In this document: positions 40,412 to 55,261 of the stretch, one piece after another
Layout: each line of letters starts with the position of its first letter
Numbering within the stretch: the first letter of the stretch is position 1
Assembly (NCBI GenBank): GCA_951406725.2
Contig: OX597819.1
Location: forward strand, 26,784,001 to 26,848,000
Source: Octopus vulgaris
Lineage: Eukaryota
Direction of reading: 5' to 3'
Length of the DNA stretch: 64,000 nucleotides
The notes under the pieces: generated by a model
What the model saw: the letters and a program-made list of their open reading frames with translations, nothing else
Database searches by the model: none
Told to the model about the DNA's origin: nothing
Translations under genes and position numbers: made by a program

Positions 40412-40610
40412 AATATAAATTAGAGACAAAACCACTATTAGGCAAATCAAACAAGGAAAGACTTAAACCAATACATATGATTAATTTATATTATTTAAAT
40501 ATGTAACAAAATTATTAAAAAATATAATTAATATCCCACTACGATCGTTTCCTGCCTGCTGTCTTCAAATTTTTTAGTCGCAGTCATTCATCAGGTGGTT
40601 TAAGAATTTT
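40412..40610 (-). mobile_element. Family G fragment with hammerhead
   Basis: aattagagacaaaaccactattaggcaaatcaaac terminus as at 18945. Confidence 0.75.
40536..40598 (-). ncRNA. Type I hammerhead ribozyme with intact core
   Basis: Minus strand CCAC-CTGATGA-A-TGACTGC...GCAGGCA-G-GAAA-CGATCG-TA|GTGG. Confidence 0.75.
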
Positions 40611-40629
40611 ATATATATATATGTATGTA

Positions 40630-40695
<66 letters not shown>

Positions 40696-40764
40696 TAGAT
40701 ATATATATACGTTTATATATTTGTTTTGCAAGATTCTTAATGTGATATCGTGTGTTGAAACGGA

Positions 40765-41107
40765 TATTGTTGTATTTAAAGATGGATATGTTGCCAGTTT
40801 AGCCAATAAAAACACACGCACTATATAATTGGTGTTAATTTGCTTCAGCTTTATTTATTTTTTTACATTAATCTTAATCTTATTTCGGCCAGAGTTCTTT
40901 CTTCACACTTCTGTGACCTCATCAGTGGTCCTTTGCTTTCTTCTTTCTTATTTGTGTGTCTCTCCTTACTAACGGTCAGCCATTTTGTCGAAAGAACTCT
41001 GGCAGAAATAAGATTAAGATTAATGTAAAAAATAAATAAGGCTGAAGCAAATTAACACCAAATATGTAGTGGCGAAACTGGCAACATGACCATCCCTAAA
41101 TAGAACA

Positions 41108-41110
<3 letters not shown>
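40765..41110. mobile_element. Inverted-repeat element (arms ~40765-40900 / 40991-41110) with hammerhead at the arm-spacer junction
   Basis: ttggtgttaatttgcttcagc...ccagagttcttt versus aaagaactctgg...gctgaagcaaattaacaccaa; minus strand CCA-CTGATGA-G-GTCAC-AGAAGT-GTGAA-GAAA-GAAC-TC-TGG at 40887-40931. Confidence 0.7.
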
Positions 41111-41172
<62 letters not shown>

Positions 41173-41190
41173 TGTGTGTATGTATGTATC

Positions 41191-41227
<37 letters not shown>

Positions 41228-42018
41228 TCTTTGTTAGCAGACATATGTACATTATTGGCGTTTATGTCATTGTCGTTTGATTGTATTTTTTTATTTACTT
41301 TCTCCTCAGTAAATATTTTGGATGAAGATTTAGTGTCTGCTCGCCTCCCTATTTCAAAATCAATACATCTGTAGTACCTAATTTCGCATTAGGTGACAGA
41401 GATGAATAGAGTAAGGAAGCAGTAAAGCTCGCTGCTGGAACTCCCATAATTTCTAAAGTTGACCCACATTACATTGCTATTCTAGTACTTATATCATTCA
41501 TGATTAAAAATCGATGTCATTTGTTCTTCGAACAATTTCCGACATACCATCTGTATAAAAACGATGCTTTCTTCATTCTTTAACATGCAACTGCTCGCCA
41601 TTATTGTGGCTTGTTGTACTCAGTCTTGCATTTATTTTTATAGTTTACCATTGTATTACGAACTACTTTCAGAGATAAGAAGCTGATCTGAATTAGAAAA
41701 CGAATTAAATAGCGTTAGAATCACAAAGTAGAAGATGCTGAATTAACGTTATTTATAGAGAATTAAAAATATATCTGCAACTGCAGAGAAAATCATTTGG
41801 TGCACATTCCTTTTGGCATACATTCTTTGCTACTGAATGAATTAATTCTATATATTTGGCACATTTCAATAAAGGGAAATTTCGGTACTGAAGTTGTCTG
41901 TGATATTTCAGACGGGATGATGTTTTGCGTGCAATATTTAAAGTCAGATTAACTATATATATACATTCACATTTACACACTCGTATGTATATAGAAACGC
42001 GAAAGCACACCTTCATTT

Positions 42019-43705
<1,687 letters not shown>

Positions 43706-43727
43706 GATGTATATATATATATATATA

Positions 43728-44104
43728 CTAGCAGTATCGCCCGGCGTTGCTCAGGTTTGTAAGGGAAATAACTATAAAGCATTTTTAGAGAGTTATAGCC
43801 AAAAAATAGCAAAAAAATGGAAAAAAATGATGGTAATTTTTTTTAGTTAAAAAGGTGGAGTTGCGTCCCCGAGACAGTTTGCGGTTTGTGTTTCTGATTC
43901 TCGACCCCATGTCGAATTCATCGATTTTTTTCAGAACTGGGGGAACTTTTCAAAATTTTCGCTGCGTTAGTTTTGAATTATGACATTGGGCTATGTGTGT
44001 GTCAAGTTTCATCAGAATCGGTTGAAAGCCGTGGTCAGGGTGAGGGTACAAGCAAACAGACACACAGAAACACGCACAGACAAACTGCCGTTTATATAGA
44101 GAGA
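43728..44104 (-). mobile_element. Non-autonomous Helitron
   Basis: Minus strand A|TCTCTCTATATAAACGGCAG, (GTCT)-like repeats, ending CCTGAGCAACGCCGGG hairpin-CGATACTG-CTAG|T. Confidence 0.8.
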
Positions 44105-44113
44105 TATATATAT

Positions 44114-44147
<34 letters not shown>

Positions 44148-45682
44148 TGATTGATATAATTGCGCAAACTTCACCTGAGATGAATACGCTTCGTTGATGA
44201 GATGTAACGTAATCAAAACAAGTGTATTTATATGTGTATATATAAGTATATGCAATTCTACTATATATGCCCATGTATATGCAATAAACGAGGTTATAAC
44301 ATATTTTGTGTGTGTCTATATATATATGTATATTTTACGTGTGAGTGTGTGTGTGTTTGAATAAAAATGTATATATATATATATATATGCATGTATTGAA
44401 TTATGTAAATTTGTCTATGTACATATGTATACACGTTTTTTATGTACGTGTGTGTATATAATGTGGATATATAAACAGCTAAGTGACTAATCAATGCTCT
44501 GAGTTTGAACTCTTATGATAGCTTTCATGTTTATTTAATTTGCAAAGTTTGACCCAGAATTCCATATAGCGTGTGCCTGTTTTTGTAAGAACATTGCAAA
44601 GTAAATAGCATCTACAGCAGAATTTTGGTTTTATTCCCCAATTTTCTAATCAATTTTCTTTCATTTGTATTTCAAACGAAAGTTTCGGGCTTCTTTGAAC
44701 ATAAGCAACACAAGAAATAAAATAGATACATCGGAATATCTGAATATATCTTTTGTTACATAGTCGTGTTCTGTTGTGAGTTAAATTTGAAATTTTCAAT
44801 TGGATTCAAGATTTGATTACCAGTATTATGCTGTAAATAAATCGTGTTGTAGTGAAAGAAATCTATATTTCGTTAGAAATCAACAAGTGCTTCAATTCTC
44901 TTAACTCATTTGTAATGAGATGCACAAAAGTACCCTGTGTTTATAATTCTATTTACGTATAAACGTATGTGAATACATTATTTGATAATGAACAGGTATA
45001 TTTGTGTGTGTGAGAGAGTGTGTGTGTGTGTGAGAGAGAGTGTGTGTGTGTGTGTGAGAGAGTGAGAGAGAGAGTGTGTGTGTGGGTGTGTGTGTATTCC
45101 TTTGAATATCTAGAAATGGTACTTTATCTTTGAAGAATGATTTATGAATTTGATCAAATATGACTGTGGAAAGCAAATATGGTGGAGATAAGCGAATAAA
45201 CATATGTATGGAAAGTGCGGCCATTATTGTCAGAAATTGTATAAATCAACGTGTAAATAGTATTAATTTCAGTTAAATCACGGAACACAGTATCTTTACT
45301 TTGAAGGTGCTTCTCTATCTTATTTGATGTGTTTGATAAATAAAGGTGAAGATTCTAAAGTTAATGCTATGTCTGACATATTGTGAGTTATTTATTATTG
45401 AAATATATGATCAGAAAACAGAAGCACAGTGTTAGTTAGTTCTGCGTTTTTCAATCGCTGAATAGTGGTTAGATGTAGACTGAACAATTATAGAATTAGA
45501 ACTACTGAGAGATATTTAGGAAAGAGAGTTTTCCTTTTTCATAAGGCAGCCATATTGTACAGTCAAGAGAGTATCTAATCGATTGCTTTGTGGTAATCGT
45601 TCTTGCTTCGTTACTCTTAGTTTATATATTGCAGATGTCAACTATTCCTTTCATATTTTGAGGGTTATGCATGTATAATATA

Positions 45683-46112
45683 GACGTGGCTTTATGGTAA
45701 GAAACTTGCATCCGACCACATGGTTCGAGTTTCAGTCTCAGTGCGTGGCACCTTGGGCGAGTGTCTTCTGCTATAGTCTCGGGCCGATCAGAGCATTGTG
45801 AGTGAATTTGGTAGACGGAATGTGAAAGAAAACCGTCGTATATGTATATATATGTGTCTATGTATGTGTCTGTCTTCATGGCTGTACTTGTTCCCATACA
45901 CCCACACACACACACACAAACACACACCACTAGACAACCGATGTTGGTGTGTTTATGTTCCCGAAACTCAGTGGTTCGGCAAAAGAAACCGATAGAAAAA
46001 GTACCAGGTTTTAAGAAAATAAGTACTGGGATGGATACTTTCGGCAAAATTTTTTCAAGACGGTGCCCCAGTATGGCCGCAGTCTAAGCAGTCTAATAGC
46101 TGAACCAAGTGA
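45683..46112 (+). mobile_element. SINE family A, diverged full length
   Basis: gcgtggcaccttgggcgagtgtcttctgctatag...ggttcggcaaaagaaaccgatag...gtatggccgcagtc. Confidence 0.8.
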
Positions 46113-46122
46113 ATGATAACGA

Positions 46123-46196
<74 letters not shown>

Positions 46197-46316
46197 CTAT
46201 CTATATATATATATATATATATATCGTGTGTGTGTGTGTATGTATATATGTATATATATATATATATGTGTGTATACTTATATATGTATATATATATGTA
46301 TATATATATGTATATA

Positions 46317-46359
<43 letters not shown>

Positions 46360-46454
46360 GTGTATATATATATATATATGTATATGTGTATATATATATA
46401 TGTATATATATATATGCATATATATATGTATATGTGTATATATATATGTATATA

Positions 46455-46550
<96 letters not shown>

Positions 46551-46573
46551 ATACATATATATATATGTATATA

Positions 46574-46618
<45 letters not shown>

Positions 46619-46653
46619 ATATATATAAAAACACGAAATAAGATATATATAAT

Positions 46654-46726
<73 letters not shown>

Positions 46727-47436
46727 CTTTTGGTATGTGATATTACAATCTCAGTACACTTTTTCGTTATTTAGAATTATATAACCATATTTTGTATCAG
46801 AATTCAGAATCAGTGAAGCTTTCCGAACGTAAATGAAACAATAACTCGTTATAAGTTGTTAAAGCAAAAGACTTAGCGAAAATAATATAGGCATATATGC
46901 TCACTGCATACTGAACCTAAGAACTAAAGCAAAGTGGCCTCACCTTCTCGAATTAATCGGGTAAATTGCCCTTAAGCTGCACTCCACTGACTTCGAGAAA
47001 AGCAACCTATTTAATAGTATTCATCTGCATGTTAAATAGGATAGGTGACTACGGTTGGAATATATTTACTCTATCAGATCTAACATTTACGGACAAAAAG
47101 AACAACACCAACGACCATCAATTTGGATGGCACACTCCTTTATGTTCACTTTTCTCTCTGGGATTCAATATAAATTATTCGCAACAACTTTTTAAAGTTA
47201 CTCTGTTTGATGTTTCTCTATAGTGTTTATCATATCCCTTGTTTCTAGGAATATTTCTTGTACAAATTCTTCAGTTAATTCTTTAACACTTTTCTATTTC
47301 TGTATTATAATTTGTTTCTTATTTAGCTGTTGCTATTTGTCTTTATAATGAGGTTCACTTTCATACAAGAACAATGTATGTATGTATGTATGTATGTATG
47401 TATGTATGTATGTATGTATGTATGTATGTATGTATG

Positions 47437-47470
<34 letters not shown>

Positions 47471-47880
47471 TGTATGTATGTATGTATGTATGTATGTGCA
47501 TAGGCATTACACAATGCGTATGTGTTGCTTTGGCAGTACTGTAGTAATATTAATCTGCCAGCAGTCTATTCCAAATGATACGTCATCAGAGCCCAGCAAT
47601 TTGGCATATCTTGAGGTTCAGCTCTATGGTATGTTGACATGTTATGGTATGCTCTATGGTATGTTTAGCCTATGGTATGTTGACGTAGATCGGAAGTCAA
47701 TTAGTTGTACAGCAATAGACCGCCAGTACCTCATTATATTGGAAGGACGAAAAGCAATGTGGATTCTGTCGATGTTTGAACACAGAATAGACCAAATGAG
47801 ACCAACTACTGGCATTTTGTATGATGCCCTAACGATTCAGCCTTTCCACCGCTCTTAAACACCAATTTGTGTCACTTTTC

Positions 47881-47960
<80 letters not shown>

Positions 47961-48007
47961 ACTCTTTATATATATATATATATATATATATACAACCGCT
48001 TTGCTAG

Positions 48008-48460
48008 TTAACCTTAGAGAACTTTGGGTATGGCAGTCATTTTAGGTTACGTACTATAACTTTTATTTCGTAGAATCCTTGGCATTGATGTGCCTATCAC
48101 AGCTTGAAATTATTTTGCTTGGCTTTACTTGATCTGAAAGATAATTATATCTTTTATTATTGGTTGGCCTTGCATCTTTATTGATTGCAGCGGCATCTGT
48201 GACTGTTTGATGCTCATTTCCTTGGTATTGCTTTTGAAGACATGAATTTGGGAAATATCCCATCATAGTATTAATATCCGAATATGCAAGCCATAAATTC
48301 TTTAAGAAATCTCTTTGGTTAAATTGCTTTCCTTTGGGTGCAACATAACTACGGATTTTTCTATCGTCAGATGTTACAGTATTTTCTGCTTGACATTTCA
48401 ATTAAGACGTTGCAGAAAATCTTCTAGTTTATACACTCCATTGTGCTTATTGTCTATTTT
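48008..48460 (-). pseudogene. Possible piggyBac transposase C-terminal relic with one terminus
   Basis: NQRDFLKNLWL resembles the piggyBac RRxFLxxL motif; SSCDRHI resembles a decayed Cys-rich domain; TTAA-CCTTAGA terminus at 48008. Confidence 0.4.
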
Positions 48461-48810
48461 CTCTTGCAAGGTTTTTCCATGAATTTACAACTAAAAGCGT
48501 TCTGTGAGAAGAAAGTCATCTCTAGTCATCGTAATTCTCTTGTTGAGAAATATATATTGTAATAAAAGTGAGCAGTCTTATCGAAGTTTCGTACTTGTCT
48601 GTTCACGAATGTGAACAAACAAGATGGAAAAACAGTGTCCGTTTTCGATATAATAAATGTATATAGTCAGTCTACCCAACATATTGAGTTCTGCATCATA
48701 TGCTTGCATTATGGCATACATACTGCAAACACACATATCTATCTATCTACCCATCTATCTAAATAACTAATTAATTAACTGTATGTGTGTGTGTCTATGT
48801 GTGTGTGTGT

Positions 48811-48873
<63 letters not shown>

Positions 48874-49405
48874 CGTAAATTCTTACATTTCTACATGCAC
48901 TCATATACACACACATTTATATATATATATATACAGGTATGTATATATTGGAAGGTATAATACATTACCGAAAGTTCTGGGCTCAGCTCCACATTCCACC
49001 CCTATATTCTACATGGTTTGAAAATAATGACAGCGATGGGAGTTCGATAAGAAACGCAGCAGATATTATATTTGGGAGCTTTAAGCATTTTTAACGTAGT
49101 CGCATTTCTGCGAGATAATTTGTGCTATTGCCGGGATCTATGGCACCTGTTGCGCAAACCGGTTAGTTCGTTTCTTTGGTATATGATACAAAAGTACAAT
49201 ATGATGTTTGTTGCATGGCCTCATATAAAATAGTCATACTTATTAGGGGCATGGAAGATGGTGTGGCAGAACAGAGGTCAACACAAGGCAAGGTAATATG
49301 AATATGAGGAAGAATAAAGGAGGCAGTAATGTACATACGCAAACACCCACACACATATAGGCGTACTTCTATATACTCACATACACCTGCGCAAACCTAT
49401 ATATA

Positions 49406-49456
<51 letters not shown>

Positions 49457-49457
<1 letters not shown>

Positions 49458-49817
49458 GATGGAAGCACTCCATCGGTTACGACGACGAGGGTTCCGGTTG
49501 ATCCGATCAACGGAACAGCCTACTCGTGAAATTAACGTGTAAGTGGCTGAGCACTCCACAGACACGTGTACCCTTAACGTAGTTCTCGGGGATATTCAGC
49601 GTGACACAGAGAGTGACAAGGCCGGCCCCTTGAAATAAAGGTACAACAGAAACAGGAAGTAAGAGTGAGAGAAAGTTGTGGTGAAAGAGTACAGCAGTGA
49701 TCACCACCATCCCCTGCCGGAGCGTCGTGCAGCTTTAGGGTTTTTCGCTCAATAAACTCTCACAACGCCCGGTCTGGGAATCGAAACTGCGATTCTACGA
49801 CCGCGAGTGCGCCTCCA
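49457..49817 (-). mobile_element. SINE family D
   Basis: Minus strand cgcagtttcgattcccagaccgggcgttgtg...gagaactacgttaagggtacacgtgtctgtggagtgctcagccac; A-box region deleted; (CA)n tail. Confidence 0.82.
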
Positions 49818-49834
49818 CATATATATAACATGAA

Positions 49835-50130
49835 CTCTCCCGTCGTTAGACGGCATATGAGGGTTTGGTAATTTCTTGCCAAACAACCACAAAGATGATT
49901 TGTTTAAAGTGATCGAATATTTGTGTACACATAAGTACACTCCCTCCAACAAATCGACATTACCTGTACAAGTGCACCATGAACCACGTGTCATATGACG
50001 AAATGATCGCAGAGTAACGTGAAATGAAGGGATTCTCTCAAGAACACAACACAAAGCCCGGTCCGGGAATCGACCCATGATCTCGCAATCGTAGGGGCAA
50101 CACCTTAACCATTAGGCTATACGTCTTCAC
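49835..50130 (-). mobile_element. SINE family C-like copy
   Basis: ctcaagaacacaacac...ggtccgggaatcga...cttaacca matches the family C head in reverse. Confidence 0.65.
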
Positions 50131-51295
50131 ACACATATATATATATATATCGAATTGCAAAATATGAAGGAAATAAGGTAGAAGGGTTTTTGGTCAGCTT
50201 AGTAATCGGTGTAATAATGGCAGTCACTGGAATATATCGAGGTATGTGAGTAGGACATTAGACATGTCTGTCTTGACGTTTTAATGGTATTTAGTTCTAA
50301 CGAGTTCCGGTTTGGTAGACATGGCACTTATTTATTGTCTGTGTAAATAGGTCTGAGAATGAAAATCACTGATAGGGTGTTCGGCCACGCGTATAGATAT
50401 ATACAAGCATAAACACATACAAAAATACATATACATTTATACGTGTATGTTGCTCACAAATACACACATATGCATAGATGTTCACATGTATGCACGCATA
50501 CATGTATGCTCGCATACATGTATGCCTGTGCAGTCACACAAGCCTTAAAAAACCGCGTAGCAAAATATATATTTACATATGTACATATACATTCCCACAT
50601 ATATGCGCGGTGTGACCACATACACACAAGCATGTATATTGTGTATCGAACTCACAACCTTCATATTTCTACAAAACTCGTGCACCACCGTTTCGTGAAA
50701 TTTCCGCGCTTTTGTGTATGCTTATTAGCTTCCACATTTACCAGAGTAAATTATCCAAAAATGTTACTTAAAGCAGGATATTACATTGTAAGTGATCAGA
50801 AATGTGCTGTCATATACCACCTAAAGTGTATTCATTCAGAAGACTACAACCTTATGTGGGCCCGACTGCGCCAGTTCACGCAGTGATGATTTGGGGCAAT
50901 ACCGATGAAGCAGGCAAATCACGTTTCGCAACAACAGTGTCAGTCGGCTTGCGGAAACGCGAGTGCATTATATAAAATTTCAAAACACCAGTCAAGTTTT
51001 CTATGTGAGGTGGCTCTTACATACACGCTCACACACATGCATACACACATACATACATACATATATACATACGTACATACATACATACATACATACATAC
51101 ATACATACACACATACATACATACATACATACATACATACATACACACACATACATACACATGCATACACGCCCACATACAAATATATACTTATAGAGAG
51201 AGAGATGGGCAGGAGGAAGTACGAATAGATTACAATTACTAACAGTATATTTTTGTTTATTTATAAGTAGCCCTCCATTCATGAATAACTATTTG

Positions 51296-51568
51296 ATTGC
51301 ACCTAGAAAATTCCCCTCCGAGGTACAAGTGTGGGCAAAGTTGTTTGGGAAAGACTAGCGGATGCCCATTTATACCAGCCTCTCCTCACCATGCCACCGA
51401 CGTTATCGAAGGGAAAGGCAAAAGCCGATACAGCTTCGCATCACTGACGTGGCGACTCTTTTCTACTGCTGAATGAACTCGAGAACGCAACACACAGCTC
51501 TGTCCTCGAACCGAACTCACTTCCTCATGATTGTGAGCCCGGTGCTCAAACCACTGGGCCAAGCGCAC
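51296..51568 (-). mobile_element. SINE family C, diverged
   Basis: gattgcacctagaaa...gccgatacagctt...gaactcac..tcatgattgtgag...accactggg, as at 4548-4872. Confidence 0.72.
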
Positions 51569-51744
51569 TGTTGATAAGGTCATTCTTATACATGATTACG
51601 ATTCACAATCGGAATCGCATTATTTTATGAATGTTACAAATTCTCCCTAACTATCGTCAAAAAGAAATATAAATATACAATTCGACTTGTTGACCTCTCT
51701 AGAGGTTTTGGACCGTGCGTTAAGAGATAATAAATGAGTGAGAC

Positions 51745-51795
<51 letters not shown>

Positions 51796-52188
51796 ATAGT
51801 TAGAATTACAAATATGCGACATATGTATAGCATGTAATCAGTTCTAATCGATTTTAATCAATTTTAAAGCATCCTATAAAACCAAGTTCTCTTACTTTAC
51901 AAGTCAAGCAGCAGACCCATCATCCGCCCTTCACTGATCCGCCAATAACATGTATTGATAACATTGTAAGAAAATTACACGAGAACATAATTTGCTTCAT
52001 TAAACTTAATCACTCCATTTACAATTTTTAACTCAATCAAACCTCTGCTCTTTCATATTCGTGTTACGTTAATTTTCTTTTCCTTTTCTTCTACTTTTGA
52101 ATAAATCAATGACTATTACTATGGTTACTGGTATAGTCGATGTTCTTGTCATTACGATAGTAAAAGAAGAAGAATAATAATAATAATG

Positions 52189-52226
<38 letters not shown>

Positions 52227-52227
52227 T

Positions 52228-53038
52228 CTACTCTAGGCCTCAAAAATTTGGAGGGAAGGGGGTATAGTCGATCACATCGACTCCAGCCTGTAACTTGTAC
52301 TTATTTCATCGACCCCGAAAGAATGAAAGGCAAAGTCGACCTCGGCGGTATCTGAACTCGGTACGAAGCGGCGGACGAAATACCTATTTCTTTACTACCC
52401 ACAAGGGGCTAAACACAGAGAGGACAAACAAGGACAGACAAACGGATTAAGTCGATTATATCGACCCCAGTGCGTAACTGGTACTTATTTAATCGACCCC
52501 GAAAGGATGAAAGGCAAAGTTGACCAAACGGAATCTGAACTCGGAACGAAGCGGCAGACGAAATACCTCTAAGCATTTCGCCCGGCGTGCTAACGATTCT
52601 GCCAGCTCGCCGCTTTTATAAGAATAATAATAATTTCTACTGAAGTTACAAGATCTGAAATTTGCGGAAGGGTTAAGTCGATGACATCGACCCCAGTATT
52701 TCACTGATACTTAATTTACCGACCCCGAAAGGATGAAAGGCATAGTCGGCCTTGGCGGAATTTGAACCCAAAACGCATTTTGCCCGGCGTGGTAACGATT
52801 CTATCAGCTCGCCGCCTTAATAATAATAATAACAATAATAACTATTTCAATTTTTTTTCCACGCGGGTAGCTTGCGGGGTGGGGTGGAGGATGAGTCGGT
52901 TATATTGAAACCAGTGTTCAACTGGTGCTTATTTTATCGACCCCCGAAAGGATGAAAGTCAAAGTCGACTTCAGCGGAATTTGAACTCAGAACCCATTTA
53001 GCCAGGCGTAGGAAATATTTTTTCGGCCAGCTCGCGCC

Positions 53039-53041
<3 letters not shown>
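52228..53041 (-). mobile_element. Tandem cluster of four SINE family B units separated by (AAT)n
   Basis: Repeated atcgaccccgaaaggatgaaaggcaaagtcgacc...gccagctcgccgcctt. Confidence 0.85.
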
Positions 53042-53073
<32 letters not shown>

Positions 53074-53210
53074 CAGTTGAGCATGTGCCTTGGTGGCTGA
53101 CGATATGTGCATCTCTGATCACGAGCAGAAGTAGTGGTGGGGGACATCATAGCCATGTATTGAGAATGATTCTTTGGGATTTGAATAATTCACTTCTGGA
53201 AATAATAATG

Positions 53211-53262
<52 letters not shown>

Positions 53263-54358
53263 CAATAGTTTTCTGGTGAAGTTAAAGATTACACTCCTTT
53301 ACTATAACCCGCATAGTCATTGTTGTTGTTGTTGTTTTTATTAGCATCAACGCCACCTTATTAATACTCTGAATAGTTGTTTACTAGTATTTTACCCTAT
53401 TATTTTACTCCAATATCGTATAATGTCCATATTACAAATAAGGAAATAGTTACCATTATGCATATTAATTATCAATTTATTGCTATAATTAACGAGGATG
53501 ATAAGGACAAGGTCATTAATACTAATAGCAATAAGAACAACCACATCAATAACGACAATTAGTCCTTTACTGAATTTATTGATCGAGTTTTTTTTAATGT
53601 AATTTCATTGTAATTTCATATTTCATTCTGCTTGCAGCTATTGGGCGGCCTTTTGTCGAAAGCATATTGAACATACGTTTGATTACGCCCTGATGTACCT
53701 ACAGCTTGAGAGATTAGACTCGGTCTGGGAACCAGGTCAGCTCTCATCCATTGAAGTAAGTAGATGTACTCTAATTTCCGAAGCATCAATCATCCTCTAC
53801 AATATATTACGCACAGTCTCTTTGGTTCTCTCTCTTTTTTCTCTTCTCTCACACACACGCACTCTCTCTCTCTCGCTCTCTCACCCTCTCTCTCAACCAC
53901 ATACAAATAGATGTTTATATGTTATACATGCATTGTCTAATACATCATCATGTATTTTCTTTCATTCCATGTTTGTCGATTCTTTAAACACATTTCTCAA
54001 TATTTTGTTCCTTCCTATATTAAACTTACATTTCCACCCTTCATTGATACCCCTTTATCCTGCTTCTTCCACCCTCTTTCTCAATCACGTTTTTTCTCTT
54101 TATCTATCAAACTGTCTATTTTTATACATATATATACATATGGAAATATATTTATACACACGTATAAAAAACGCATTCATATATGTATGCATGTGAATAT
54201 GCATATATGTATACATATATGTATATGCATATATCTATATATATTATATGCATATATATGTAATCAGGTATCTATATGTATATGCATATATATGCATGCA
54301 GTGAATATATTGTCGTTTATGTTACGCAAAAATGAAAATAACAATGACATTTCATTGT

Positions 54359-54826
54359 GGAGGCGCGTGGCTTAGTGGTTAGGGTGTCAGTATCATGACT
54401 GTTGTTGTTGTTGTTGTTAAGCCACAAGACGTGTCAGGGTGATTAGGTGATGGTCTAGGGATTAGGGGCAGGAGTCCCCAGACCTTGGAAAAAGAGAACT
54501 TTGGTCGTCTTGTTGTAGTCGAGGGCTCTTCGTTGACGCCCGACACCACTGGGAAGTGGCCCTCGAATTCGCTGGAAATTGAGATTTCAAGGTGAAAATT
54601 CTTGAACGGCAGCATCATGATCGTAAGATTGTGGTTTCAATTCCTGGACCGGGCGACGCATTGTGTTCTTGAGCAAACACTTCATTTCACTTTGCCCCAG
54701 ACCACTCACCTTTCAAAAATGAGTAACGCTGCGATGGATTAGCGTCCCGTCCAGCTGGGGAATACATACGCCCTTGAAACCGGGAAACTGGGCCCATGAG
54801 CCTGGCTAGGCTTTAAAAGGGCGCAT
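54359..54826 (+). mobile_element. SINE family C-like copy interrupted by an insertion
   Basis: ggaggcgcgtggcttagtggttaggg | ...gtggtttcaattcctggaccgggcgacgcattgtgttcttgagcaa. Confidence 0.78.
54399..54609 (-). mobile_element. 5'-truncated retroposon with (CAA)n tail and 11-bp TSD
   Basis: TSD cagtatcatga (54388-54398) / cagcatcatga (54610-54620); (GTT)n at the left end. Confidence 0.75.
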
Positions 54827-54883
54827 TCATTTTATTATTTACCCAAATTACATAAAAATATCTTGAAACGCTAAAGAGTAAAT

Positions 54884-55261
54884 TTATTCTATAAAATCGA
54901 TATTGGCTTCAACCACGGCCTCCAGACGAATTCGGAACCTCCTGCAACTCTTCTGGATGGTCACCTTGTTTATGTTGGTGAATGCTGCCGTAATCCTTGC
55001 ATTCAGTTCATCTTTGGTCTTACAAGGAGTTTTGTCGATTTTTCGCTCAACTACGCCCCACACATAATAATCAAGAGTGTTGTAGACTGGGAAGTTAGGT
55101 GGCCATGTGTTAGGTTGATGTGGTCGCAGAAATTGTCTGACAGCCATGACTGGGTCCTCCTGCTTGTGTGGCACGGTGCAGATTCCTGTTTCTAGACATA
55201 GGACCTTCCAGCAGCCGCCCTCTTGATCGTAGCTAAAAGCAAGACTACCTTCTCCAGGCAC
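54884..55261 (-). pseudogene. DD37D/maT-like transposase C-terminal remnant
   Basis: WPPNFPVYNTLDYYVWG (cf. WPPNSPDLNPLDYxVW)...FRIRLEAVVEANIDFIE. Confidence 0.8.

Noticed and set aside
53075-53202. CTGACGA-containing fragment between (AAT)n tracts
   Set aside because: No GAAA/helix arrangement for a hammerhead; probably a retroelement fragment of undetermined type
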